64,000 nt of DNA from assembly GCF_006345805.1 (NCBI RefSeq), contig NC_043004.1:93186001-93250000 (forward strand). The letters are read 5' to 3'. Both the position numbers and the translations under genes were made by a program. The stretch comes from Octopus sinensis. Its lineage: Eukaryota. Of the stretch, positions 1-11,314 are shown piece by piece; positions within the stretch are counted from its first letter, which is position 1, and each line of letters opens with the position of its first letter. Under the pieces are notes generated by a model. The model was not told the DNA's origin. It saw only the letters and a list, made by a program, of their open reading frames with translations, and did no database searches.

Positions 1-72
1 TATATATATATATAATATATATATATACATACATACATACATATATGCGCGCGCACATGTGTGTGTGTGTGT
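1..72. repeat. Compound microsatellite (TA)n/(TACA)n/(TG)n
   Basis: Directly visible simple repeats. Confidence 0.95.
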
Positions 73-182
73 CTTTACGTTTGTTTACGTCCTCATAAGT
101 CGAAAAGAGGAAAAATATGTTTGTTTCGACAAAGAGAAAATAATATGTTTTAAAGAAAACGGGGTTGTTTGGTTGATTAAAC

Positions 183-340
183 CAGTGGTTCTCAGCCGGA
201 GTCCATATGGTCCTTGGGAATCCATATAAGATTTTGTTGTTGAAATTTATCTGTAAGAAATTGGTTGGTTATACTTCTACAATTCGCAAAATAATATTCT
301 AATAATTTTTTAATACATTTCATAATAATTCTGAAACCTA
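183..340 (+). mobile_element. hAT-type MITE, left-end fragment
   Basis: Begins CAGTGGTTCTCAGCC, a typical hAT terminal sequence. No matching right end seen; the sequence runs into the PLE. Confidence 0.5.
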
Positions 341-459
341 AAACCTGAAAATGGAATTTGGAGACGCAACAACACAACCCCTTTTTTAAGGAAATACTTC
401 AACCATACTCCTGATCTAACACACCAAAAATTCCGAATGAACACACAAAGCACATAGAC

Positions 460-2678
460 CCCAAAATAATAAACCTATCTAAAAGAGAACTTAGCGAAAA
501 TGAAATGAACCTACTGCTAAAAGGGCTCAAATTTACACCCACACCCACTCCAAATCTCATGGAACTAAAAACTGATACAGATAACTTTAGCCGCCGCCTC
601 CGCCTTATGGAATTCTTTGAAAATAAGGAAATAGAAGATAATTCAATCATAAGAAAAAATCCCATTTCACCCCTTACAAGGGAAGTGACAAACACCTAAA
701 TGCATACATAGAGACAATCTCCAAATTCCCTCTCAACACACATAAATGCAAACAGAACCTCCACAGAGGAGAAAAACAAGCCTTACAAAAACTTTAAAAA
801 AATGAAAAGTCGATCATTTTAAAAGAAGCTGACAAAGGTGGGGCAATAGTAATTATGGATACATATTACTACAAAGAAAAGATACTGGAGATGCTTAACA
901 ACCAGACATACTATAAAGAGGAATCAACACAACCGGAGAAAGCAACAATAAAAAAAAATTGGAACATTAGTCAATGAATACCAGGACTCCTTTACACACA
1001 AGGAGAAAGACTATTTATGCAACTCAAGAACCAAAGAAAGCAATTTTTATGGATTACCTAAAATTCATAAAAGCTCTGAAATACAGAGAGCCATAAAAGA
1101 ACAGAGGAACCATTATATAAAAATACAAAGGCCCGCAAACCTCACAATGAGACCAATAGTTGCAGGGCTCCAAGCGCTAACACAACTAAGCCACTTCATA
1201 GATGTACTCCTCAAACCTTTATGTCCACTGATACCAAGCTACATAAGGGATGACATAGACTTCTTCAGACACATTCCAAAAACGGTTCCGGAAAACACCA
1301 TACTTGCAAGCTTCGATGTCGCAAACTTATACACGAACATACCACACACCCTGGGTCTGGAAGCGATAACACAATGGGTAGAAAAATACAGGGAACTCAT
1401 AGATAAACGTTTCAAAACAGAGTTTATCACCAAAGCCACCCAATTAATACTTGAAGAAAACATTCTCATTTAACAACAAGGCATACCGACAGATAAAGGG
1501 CACGGCTATGGCGACGAAATTCGCACCTTCATATGCCAACCCGGTGATGGGTTTCCTTAAGAACAAACTATACGATGAAATAGGGAAAGTCTTCGAACAC
1601 GACTTCAGAGAAGACATCAAGAAAAAGTGGAAACGCTACCTCGATGACTGTTTCATCTTTTGGAACAGATCAGAAGATCTACGAACATTCCACAACATCC
1701 TCAACACACTGCACCCATCTATCAACTTCACAATAGATACCAGCTACAACGAACTTCCCCTCATAGACATCAAGATACACAACTCCATCGTCAGCAGAAA
1801 TCTACTACAAAAAAACGACACACACCAATACTTAAATTTTTACTCCTGCCACCCATCCCACATAAAAAGAAACATTCTGTATAGTATGGCAAGACGCATA
1901 TGCAGCATAGTGACCGATTTACAAACACGCCAAATAAGACTAAATGAACTTTAAAACTTCCTACTAGAACAGATATACCCACTCAAATTAATAAAAAACG
2001 GAATCTCAAGAGCAATGAAACTGGACATCACACAATTCAGGACACCCAAAACAAAAAACAAAGAAAACATCAACCCTTTCATAAACACACACAACCCTGG
2101 AGTTACCAACATGTTTCAAATCATACATTCAAACCTACCAATAGTCCTACAAAGCCTCAAAATGGGAAACCTATTAAACAAATATTGCATAAAAAATAGT
2201 AAACACCAAGAGAAAAACCTGAATAAACAACTAACAAGGGCAAAATTCTCATCAGAGAATAAAACCGAATTCTTTGTAAAAGAATGTGGAGATGGTAGAT
2301 GTGGGATCTGCAGTAACCTCATCTACAAATATATAGAGGGAAACAAACAAATAAAATTTAAGAGTGTCACACATTCAAAGTAAATGCAAACATGAATTGC
2401 AAGATGCAGAACGTAATATACTGCATGACCTGTCCCACATGCAAGGAGAATTATATAGGCGAAACTGGAAATTCTTTATGCCAACGAGCCAGAATTCACC
2501 GACAACATGTCCGACAGGGGGAACTGTGAAAGATTCCACTGTGTAAACACTTAGAAACATGTGGAGAAGGAACATTTAATATCTTTCTCTTCTATAAATG
2601 CCCAAGGAATGACACCTTCTTCAGAAAAAATATGGAACAATACTTCATAACAAAGTTCTCTCCCAAACTGAATGACTG
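460..2678 (+). pseudogene. Frameshifted PLE reverse transcriptase + GIY-YIG endonuclease ORF
   Basis: ORF-track pieces 505-699, 1147-1473, 1451-1954 and 2015-2383, plus a GIY-YIG frame at ~2400-2678. Several frameshifts and stops. Confidence 0.9.
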
Positions 2679-2940
2679 AAGATATGAAAAGCACAGCAAC
2701 TTCCCTATAAACCTATCTAGAATTGTTAGCTTTCTTTAATAATATCCTCACAATGTACAAGAAATTGTATGCATATCTGCTTCATCGAGGCATATTTACA
2801 TCACGATGTGTTTCTGCTACTGTTGATAACTCACTCTGATATTTATCATTGTTTGATTTCACTTTTTCAATATCAGTGTCACTGAACACTGGAAAAAGTA
2901 TATGTATTTGTAAAGAGAACCTCCTTCCTATCGACAACTG

Positions 2941-2996
2941 TGATTGTCACACGCTGATGATAGGTCAATACCTTGAAACTCGGTCCGTGTGTATCA
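2941..2996 (+). ncRNA. Type I hammerhead ribozyme in the PLE pseudo-LTR
   Basis: Stem I TGAT..CACACG / CGTGTG..ATCA, core CTGATGA (2954-2960), stem II AGGT-caat-ACCT, GAAA, short stem III AC-tcg-GT, GTC cleavage triplet (predicted cut after 2985). Confidence 0.88.
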
Positions 2997-3198
2997 TAAG
3001 TTAAGACGGGAAGGATGGCTTCCCTTGCAAATACTGATAGGGCACAGAAAGTGTGTCTATAGCCAGCTGGAGGAGATGTCTTCCTGGGGCTAAAAACTAC
3101 AGTAGCATCCACCCTTAGGGGTTAGCCATATTCAAATGGCATATTTACATCACGATGTGTTTCTGCTACTGTTGATAACTCACTCTGATATTTATCAT

Positions 3199-3269
<71 letters not shown>

Positions 3270-3498
3270 TACATATATACATACATACATACTACATACA
3301 TACATACATACATACACATACATACATACATACTACATACATAGATGATTTGTACTAGATGAAGGACCAATTTTGTAAAGTAAACCGTCATTTTGTATTA
3401 AACACACACAGAGTACTCTACATATGTACATATACATAAATAGTAACAATCTTAAATACGGATTTTCCAACCCATACCAGCACGAGGAATCAAATTTT

Positions 3499-3960
3499 GG
3501 ACAAGGATGATGATGATAATAAACACAGACAACTTTTTGAAAAATAACTTTTACTAACCAACTTATCTTCTATTTAAAGAACTGAACAGCTGTATAGATG
3601 TAAACACAATTTTTTCTTCTTCCTTTCTTCCCTCTTTCTTTCCTTCTCTTTTCTATTGACACTCCTTTCAGATACACAGGTACACACACACACTCTCTTT
3701 CACTGGACAATGATGATGACGGTGATAATAAATCCAGACAATTTTTTGAAAAATAACTTTTATCAAGACCCCCATCCTTAGAGTAGCCACCTGGTTTTGC
3801 CATTTTTAAAGGCCAAGAATCAACTCATCACTTTCTATTGAAAGAACTGGCCGGCTGTATAGATGTAAACACGTTTTTACTTCTTTCTCTCTTCCTTCTT
3901 TCTTTCCTTCTCTTTTCCATTAGCATTCCCTTCAGATACACACACATACACTCTCTCTCT
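3499..3960. repeat. Old, diverged tandem duplication (~200-260 bp period)
   Basis: ggacaa..tgatgat..cagacaa..tttgaaaaataactttta at 3499 and 3705; aaagaact..gctgtatagatgtaaacac..ttcagataca at ~3575 and ~3840. Confidence 0.6.
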
Positions 3961-4089
3961 CTCTCTCTCTCTCTCACTTTCTCCCCATTCCTCACCCTCT
4001 TTTACTATCCTATATCTCTCTCACCCTACACACACAATAATACTATAAAAAGAGACGAATCCTCTCAAATAAATTCAAATCTGGAGATT

Positions 4090-4400
4090 CTACTAGAGTA
4101 GATGCAAGCGCAAATATATGATTTTATATAAACAAGTGACATATTAATAAAAATTTGTAAATGTACAACCGTCCAGATTTCTGAGTACAATATTTTTTCT
4201 AATATATAATATCTGTACATCACCTCCAAACATTCTAATATATATATATATATAATAACTCCACAAAGTTTGCATTTTACTGCTTTTCCTGCATCTCTAT
4301 CCCTTTTGTGCATCAGGTATTTGGTTGATATTCCCTGTTCCTGTTTCAGTTTCATTGTAGTGAATTATTCGAGTGGCATATGACAGCCCATTTGCCACCT
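4090..4400 (-). mobile_element. R4/Dong-like (RLE-type) LINE fragment, zinc-knuckle region
   Basis: KQEQGISTKYLMHKRDRDAGKAVKCKLCG; same family as 24085-24505. Confidence 0.6.
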
Positions 4401-4699
4401 TTAAAATGGTAGAATTTTGGCATCATACGTGCAGAAATCATCAAAGGAAGTAACTTCTGGATATTTTTAAGATGATAGTTTCCTTTATATTTGAAATACC
4501 TACGTGTCTCGAGCAAATTTCTGATAAAGGATGTAATTTAGGTTAAAAATGCAATGGGTATTCTCAGGTTTGAGAAAAATTAGAAAGTTGAAGGAGGAAA
4601 ATTATAAATTCAAAAGTACTTAACTACGTAGAAAAAGAAAGGAACGAAACAAACGAAAAATGTAAAATACTACTACTACTACTAATAATAATAATAATA

Positions 4700-4835
4700 A
4701 TAATGGTTTCAAATTTTGGCACAAGGCCAGCAATTTCGGTGAGAGTGGGAAAGTCGACTACCTCAGTATTCAACTGCTATTTAGTGAGCCCAAAAGGATG
4801 AAAGTCAAGGTCAACCTCGGAGGAATTGGAACTCA
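4700..4835 (-). mobile_element. SINE family A fragment (degenerate)
   Basis: aaaggatgaaagtcaaggtcaacctcggaggaattggaactca matches the reverse complement of the family A B-box/core. Confidence 0.7.
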
Positions 4836-4871
4836 TTGGAAAGATATGTCGCTAAGCATTTTTGACCGACG

Positions 4872-4873
<2 letters not shown>

Positions 4874-4930
<57 letters not shown>

Positions 4931-5500
4931 TTCTTTCATTTGCCACAAGGACTCACATACAATAGCATTAAAGGACATGCAACAACATAAAAAACAAAAA
5001 TGGGACGTTACAATGGGCTTTCCGCGTGTAAACAAAACAGTAAAAAATTAAACAAATTAAATATCCCAACAGGAAAAGCGCTTTAAGGTCATCGTGGAAA
5101 TCCCCACAAAAGCCACGGGTGCCTGATCAACAGGGCAAGAGCCCTTCTCTTTTTACATTTACAGATGTACTCTCAGAATTGGTCCTTTCACACTGGCCAT
5201 TCTTCAAACATTCACCCACCTTTCAACAAACTTGTTTCAAGGTGACACTTCCCTCTCCACCCTCAACTTCCTTTTCAAGTGAAACTTGAAAAAGTTGATA
5301 AGTGGTTGGCAAAAGAGGAAAATGTCTGTCTTTAGCCCTTTCAAACGGGTCCACCATACAACTTCTTTCGCTATAGCCACTCGACAAATAAAAACTGCCT
5401 CCCCTCCAAGAGTAAACAAGAGAGACAGAGACTGAGACATGCAGAAACAAGGAAAATGCCACTTGCATTTGAACACTATACAAATATTCTTTTAAAAAAA
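4874..5500 (-). mobile_element. Tx1/L1-like LINE 3' end with (AAT)n tail
   Basis: VVWWTRLKGLK...LINFFKFHLKRKLRVERE...FVERWVNV*RMASVKGPIL resembles a Tx1 ORF2 C-terminus, followed by a 3' UTR and an (AAT)n tail at 4874-4930. Confidence 0.7.
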
Positions 5501-5529
5501 ACTTTTCTTTTAATTTTTCTAAATCTAAT

Positions 5530-5660
5530 TATTTAATTGTTACAGTTGAAAAAGTCTTAATGACTGAAACCGGTACCGAAATGTTCTTTATAAAATTATT
5601 TTAGCATTTTTTATCCTGACTTGTTTTTTTTTATATACATCAACTCGTGTGTTCCTTTTC
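5530..5660 (+). mobile_element. PLE pseudo-LTR remnant with degenerate hammerhead
   Basis: TTGAAAA-agtc-ttaat-gact-GAAAC-CG-GTA at 5546-5575; downstream tail resembles 6960-7050. Confidence 0.5.
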
Positions 5661-5666
5661 ATCCAT

Positions 5667-5700
<34 letters not shown>

Positions 5701-5706
5701 ATATAG

Positions 5707-5738
<32 letters not shown>

Positions 5739-5976
5739 TATATAATATATATATCTATATATATAAGTAATTTGTGGTAAATCATTTTACCTTTGCCCAT
5801 ATAATACAGTAAATGATTGATTGCATCGCAATCATTAACATTATGTGTTAACTTGGTTGGGTACTTCACTAGCGGTATATTGGATATATGTTATCCCATG
5901 GAGGGTTGCATTTACAAAACCTATCTCAATTTGTATATATATCTATATATATATATGTGTGTGTGTGTGTGTTGTG

Positions 5977-6007
<31 letters not shown>

Positions 6008-6070
6008 TTGTGTGTGGTGTGTGTTGTGTGTGTGTGTATGTATGTATATATGTATGTAATATATGTATAC

Positions 6071-6103
<33 letters not shown>

Positions 6104-7040
6104 AAAAGGAAATGAAGAAAATGCTGACAAATAATTGAAGTAATTTAAGTAATTTAATTAGGTGAAGACCACTTCTAAACACATGCCCCTACACGAACCC
6201 ACAACAACACACTTACACCTGCACACACCTACATACACCTTTACCCAGATATTAACACCATGACACACACAAATATATGGTTCCACACATACACATAATT
6301 GAATACGGGTGCAAAACATCCAACACTATTTTTTGGAAATGGCTGTAAATATTGACTTCACACAAATACGTTGCTTCCCGATACAGCACAGGCCAGCAGA
6401 ACTATAAATATTGAAAATTGTACCCACACACATACACATATATACACGCGCGCGCGCCCCAACATACATATAAACACACACAGACGCGCGCGCGCACACA
6501 CATACATACATACAGCTCTCCCTGTTCTAAACGACTTACTTATCCAGTCAGCGGAAAATACACCCCTAACTACGCGCTAAAAAGCTATTTAAAATATCCA
6601 CATGACGTCTACTGACCAGCCTGAACAATAAGAATTTTCAACAACACTATTTTCGAAAATTCTAACATTCACGTGACCTCTTTATTATGGCCAATAAGAA
6701 ATTTTAGGCGGGACACTAGCCAAATTTTAACTTCTCTGGAGCCTTTTTTCTTACCCCAACACCAACTTCCATTCAAACATTCACGTGACCCCTTCATAAT
6801 GACCAATCAAAATTTTAGGCGCGAAACCAAGCAATCCAAAACAACTCTGGAGCCTCTTTTTTTCACATATAAGAGACAGACTCTAATCTCTCTTTTATAT
6901 TTTGATAAGCATAACAAATGCGCAACCGGTAAAAAGAACTTTCACCTAATTAAATTACTTAAATTACTTCAATTATTTGTCAGCATTTTCTTCATTTCCT
7001 TTTTTATATATCACCACTCGTGTTCGACATCTCCTTTTTT

Positions 7041-7050
<10 letters not shown>
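6104..7050 (+). mobile_element. PLE-derived non-coding element with inverted copy of its 3' tail at the 5' end
   Basis: Perfect 63-bp inverted repeat (6104-6166 / 6941-7003); degenerate hammerhead TTGATAA-gcat-aacaa-atgc-GCAAC-CG-GTA at 6902-6931; internal 112-bp-period duplication. Confidence 0.65.
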
Positions 7051-7102
<52 letters not shown>

Positions 7103-7158
7103 TTTCATTCTTTTGTACGTTTCAGGCCTAACGCTGTGGCCATGCTAGAGCACCGCCA

Positions 7159-7202
<44 letters not shown>

Positions 7203-7599
7203 TATAATAAATCAGCAGGTTACGTGCAACCACTAGAACCTACATGGAAGTGTTCTAATGTTTTTAATAAACCTTATGTTCGCTGACGCTTTCCAATAAA
7301 CTCTGTTGAGTTATTTCTTTTTTTCTTTTTTAATGAATCTCTCAAATTGTAAAGTTAATTTATGGACGCCCTGTATGAAGAATATGTTTTTTTATTTTCC
7401 TAATTTATGACTTGCTTTTCTCTCTAGTTGTCCATTAATTATATAGTCGTTAATATCTGTGTATAACCAAAGCAGTAAATGTTTGAGTATTTATTATGCC
7501 CTTAGCTCCTCATTGTTTCAACTGCTTAAATATATTTTACGCCTTTTGCTGGATAATGATTTTGGAGAGTGGCAAGCGTGGGATAGAGCGATATATATT

Positions 7600-7810
7600 T
7601 CTTTACAACCCACAAGGGGCTAAACACAGAGGGGACAAACAAAGGGATGAAGTCAATTACATCGACCCCAGTGTATAACTGGTACTTAATTTATCGACCC
7701 CGAAAGGATGAAAGGCAAAGTGGACCTCGGCGGAATTTGAACTCGGAACATAACGGCAGACGAAATACAGCTACGCATTTCGCCCGGCGTGCTAACGTTT
7801 CTGCCAGAGC
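7600..7810 (-). mobile_element. SINE family A (tRNA-derived; head ggcggcgagctggcagaaacgttagcacgccgggcg)
   Basis: Near-full copy with B-box-like gttctgagttcaaattcc and core gcctttcatcctttcggggtcgataaa on the minus strand. Confidence 0.9.
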
Positions 7811-8069
7811 GGTATATCATGTATCCAGGGCCGTTTTAACAGAATTATTGGCTTCCGAGTAACGCAAAGCAATGCAACAACAGATTAGCAGTGAACCCCA
7901 AGACGCACTGCATTTACTCAAACTCTAAACAAAATTTTCTGTACTCGCCATGAATTTACTGTCGCTCAGTGTTTGTTTAGTAGAGTTACGCTCAAATGAT
8001 TTTACAGAATATAACATATATTTGATCATTACGCTTTTCAAATTTGACGGTGTAAACTCAAAAAAAATC

Positions 8070-8162
8070 TAGAATAACATGTTGATTTTGTCCTACTTCT
8101 CTTTTCCTTTGTTGTCTGGTATGTTCCCTTTCTCTTTTCTGACGAAGAGCTATGCTCGAAAT
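8070..8162 (+). ncRNA. Truncated hammerhead remnant (PLE-type)
   Basis: CTGACGA-a-gagc-tat-gctc-GAAA at 8139-8161; stem III and cleavage site missing. Confidence 0.55.
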
Positions 8163-8399
8163 CTCAGAGGTGTAGATGGCAATATGTTCAAGCAACTATT
8201 GGACAAGCTTTTTATGTGACATGATGGGATAACAATGATCACTGAGCAATTTTGTCTTTTTTTTTTTCCTAATTATTGTATTTTTTTTTAAATTAGAAAT
8301 TGCTACGAATCTAGAACAATGTTGCACGAATTGCTTCACCTGAATACAAAAGTAAACCAACTATGACAAGTAACAAGAGGTTTTCTTGTGGTTAGCCAT

Positions 8400-8628
8400 A
8401 GGCTCATAAGTCCAGTTTCTGGATTCTGTGACGTATCCGGCCCCACTCCTTAACGGTACGCCGATCCATCATAAGATTACATACTTTTGCCAGCTGAATG
8501 GACTAAAGTAACGTGAAGTGAAGGGTTTAAGTGAAGGGTTTTGCTCAGTCTAAGAATCGAAACCACAATCTCGCGATTAAGGGGGCGACACTGACTACTA
8601 AACCACGCGGTTACTCACTCACATACTC
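8400..8628 (-). mobile_element. SINE family E, degenerate
   Basis: Reverse complement begins ccgcgtggtttagtagtcagtgtc...gagattgtggtttcgattc (tRNA-like head); related to 40845. Confidence 0.5.
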
Positions 8629-8688
8629 ACACACGCACACATAATCATATATATATATATATATAATATATATATAATATATAAATAT

Positions 8689-8810
<122 letters not shown>

Positions 8811-8811
8811 G

Positions 8812-9145
8812 TAGAAGCGCAATACCCCAGTGGTTAGGGCAGCGGACTCGTGGCCGTAGGATCGAGGTTTCGATCCCCAGACCGGGCGTTGTGTTTATTG
8901 AGCGAAAACGCTTAAAGGTCCACGAGACTCCGGTAGGGGTGTTGGCGAACCCTGCTGTATTCTTTCACCTCAACTTCTCTCTCTCTTTTTTCCTGTTTCT
9001 CTTGTACCTGTATTTCAAAGGGCCAGCCTTGTCACGCTCTGTGGCACGCTGAATCTCCCTGAGAACTACGTTAAGAGTACACCTATCCGTTGATCGGATC
9101 AACTGGAACCCTCGTCTTCGTAAGCGACTGAGTGCCTCGACAAAC
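8812..9145 (+). mobile_element. SINE family C (tRNA-derived head ..cagtggttagggcagcggactcg..)
   Basis: A/B-box head and body shared with 31785, 45500 and 53622. Confidence 0.88.
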
Positions 9146-9711
9146 GAAAATATATATATATATTTAAGAAGCTGCCAAGAAATGGAACCAAAACAGAACG
9201 AGATAAATGGATAAACAAGCAATACAGAAGTAAACATACGAAAATGAATAAATGTAATTCAAGACGAGACCGTTAGTGGACAGACGAGGGCCAAATACGA
9301 AATAAGTGAACAAATGGTGTTGTGTGTGCGTGTATGCACGTCGTGTTTGTGTGTGCGCGTGCGTAAATGCTCGTGCGTATATTGTGTATATAATGACAAT
9401 GTAATAATTATTACAAAGAGGATGTTAGTAATTGCTTTAAACCCAGGTTCGCCCTGGCTACACGGTGGCGATTTTTTCGCTTTCTTCGGATTTCCCTTTC
9501 TCTTTTCCGATGAAAAGAGTAGAGCTTTGATTAAAAATGTTTATTTCTTTATCGAAGTCTGCAGAACTTTCTTGAACTTAGTGCGTAGTTTGAGGGAGAT
9601 TGGTTACTGTTTCAAGGAAGGCGACTGACTCGAAAATAAAGGTTCTTTTGAATCCAATCGATGATGATCAGGACGAAGGTCTAGGATGATGGCATCGATA
9701 ATGATGATGAC

Positions 9712-9742
<31 letters not shown>

Positions 9743-9984
9743 CAAATCATCAAACACAAACTGAAAATCCACTTTCTGCTACTAATTTACATTTCTCAAC
9801 CGAGAATCGAGCCTGCAATTGCAAGCATACATTGTCGTAATCTTAGAAATACTCTCCCTAATTCCACCCATACATACTAACACACGGCTCTAAAAGCCCG
9901 TTTTTAAATGTTCATGCTTGTAGCTATTAAGGGCCAAAATTACATAATTGTTGTACCCCCCCCCCCCCCCCCGACTTTGATGTG

Positions 9985-10292
9985 AAGCTCGGTACTTACT
10001 CTATTGGTTTCTTTTTGCCGATACGCTAAGTTACTAAGTTACAGGAGTGCAAAGGAACCAACACCGGTTGTCAAGCGGTAGTGCGAGGCAAGCATAGACA
10101 TACACACACGCTCACACCTACGCACATATATCTATAGAAAAATATAAACACAGATTCGACAGCGGACTTCTTTCAGCTGCCATCAACCAAATATACCCAA
10201 AAGGTTTTGGCCGGTCTGGGACAAAAGTTGTCTTACACAGTGGGACTGAACCAAGAACCATCTAGTTGGGAAGCAAACTTCTTACCACTCAG
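9985..10292 (-). mobile_element. SINE family B, degenerate
   Basis: ccggttgtcaagcg..., gtgggactgaacc...cttaccac.cagccac match family B. Confidence 0.7.
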
Positions 10293-10611
10293 CCACACTC
10301 ACTCACAATTCATATTTTCGGCTTCAAGTTAGTCCTGAAAAGTAAATGGATCTCCGTCGATTTCGACGATGTACATTCAGAAGCTTAATCAACTGAGCGA
10401 ATTCTATCAGCTCAACAGCTGATAGAATTAAAGGGAATTATCTTTAACGTATTCCGCAGAAAGGATTAGCGGGAACGACATAGTTGTTGTGACAAAGCCT
10501 CATCTTTGAATGGCAGGTGTAATTCACCTGACTGGCTTCCACGTACACAGTTCCGTCTACCCCAGTTTCACCCAAGATGTCACGCATAGCTTTTGCGCGC
10601 GCGTGTTTTGT

Positions 10612-11007
10612 GAAGAAGAAGAAGAAGAACAACAACAACAACAACAACAACAACAAACAATAACAACAGCAGCAACAAGACGACGGAGAGGAAGAAGAAG
10701 AAGAAGAAGAAGAAAAAGAAGAAGAAGAAGAAGAAGAAGAACGAACAACAACAACAATAACAACAGCAACAACAAGACGACGAAGAGGAAGAAGAAGAAC
10801 ATCAACAACAACAATAACAACAGCAGCAACAAGACGACGAAGGGGAAGAGGAAAAAGAAGAACAACAATAACAACAACAACAACAACAGCAACAAGACGA
10901 TGAAGGGGAAGAACAACGGCTACAAAGAAGAAGAGGAAGTCTACGAAGAAGAAGAAGAAGAAGAAGAAGAAGAAGAAGAAGAAGAAGAAGAAGAGGAAGT
11001 CTACGAA

Positions 11008-11054
<47 letters not shown>

Positions 11055-11090
11055 AGAAGAAGAAGAAGAAGAAGAAGAAGAAAAGCAAGA
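10612..11090. repeat. Compound trinucleotide low-complexity tract (GAA)n/(CAA)n/(AAC)n with internal ~55-bp blocks
   Basis: Directly visible; source of the spurious polyE/polyR/polyN ORFs. Confidence 0.95.
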
Positions 11091-11268
11091 AGACGTCTTC
11101 CCCCCCCCCCACTAAACCAACGGACACAAAACTGAAGAGTATCTTATAAAACGTGTATCTTATAAAACTTACCTTAGAGTTTGAGATAAAAAACCAAATG
11201 TGTTCCTGTTTATGAAATGTTCGCTTGATCGTTGGTCTACGGAGATTAAAATTTAAGTCAAGAGTTTC

Positions 11269-11273
11269 ACAGG

Positions 11274-11314
<41 letters not shown>

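Larger units (their letters stand above)
390..3199 (+). mobile_element. Penelope-like retroelement (Neptune-type), 5'-truncated, with 3' pseudo-LTR
   Basis: Broken ORF with PLE motifs INLSKRELSENEMNLLLKGLKFTPTP, RPIVAG, SFDVANLYTNIPH, YRQIKGTAMATKFAPSYAN, WKRYLDDCF, Cys linker CGDGRCGIC and GIY-YIG NVIYCMTCPTCKENYIGETG, ending FITKFSPKLND*. Followed by a hammerhead-containing pseudo-LTR with 62-bp terminal redundancy. Confidence 0.93.

Noticed and set aside
8812-8890. tRNA-like sequences at SINE heads (also 45500, 53930-54005, 19711)
   Set aside because: They continue into SINE bodies and lack a complete cloverleaf or acceptor stem; not tRNA genes.
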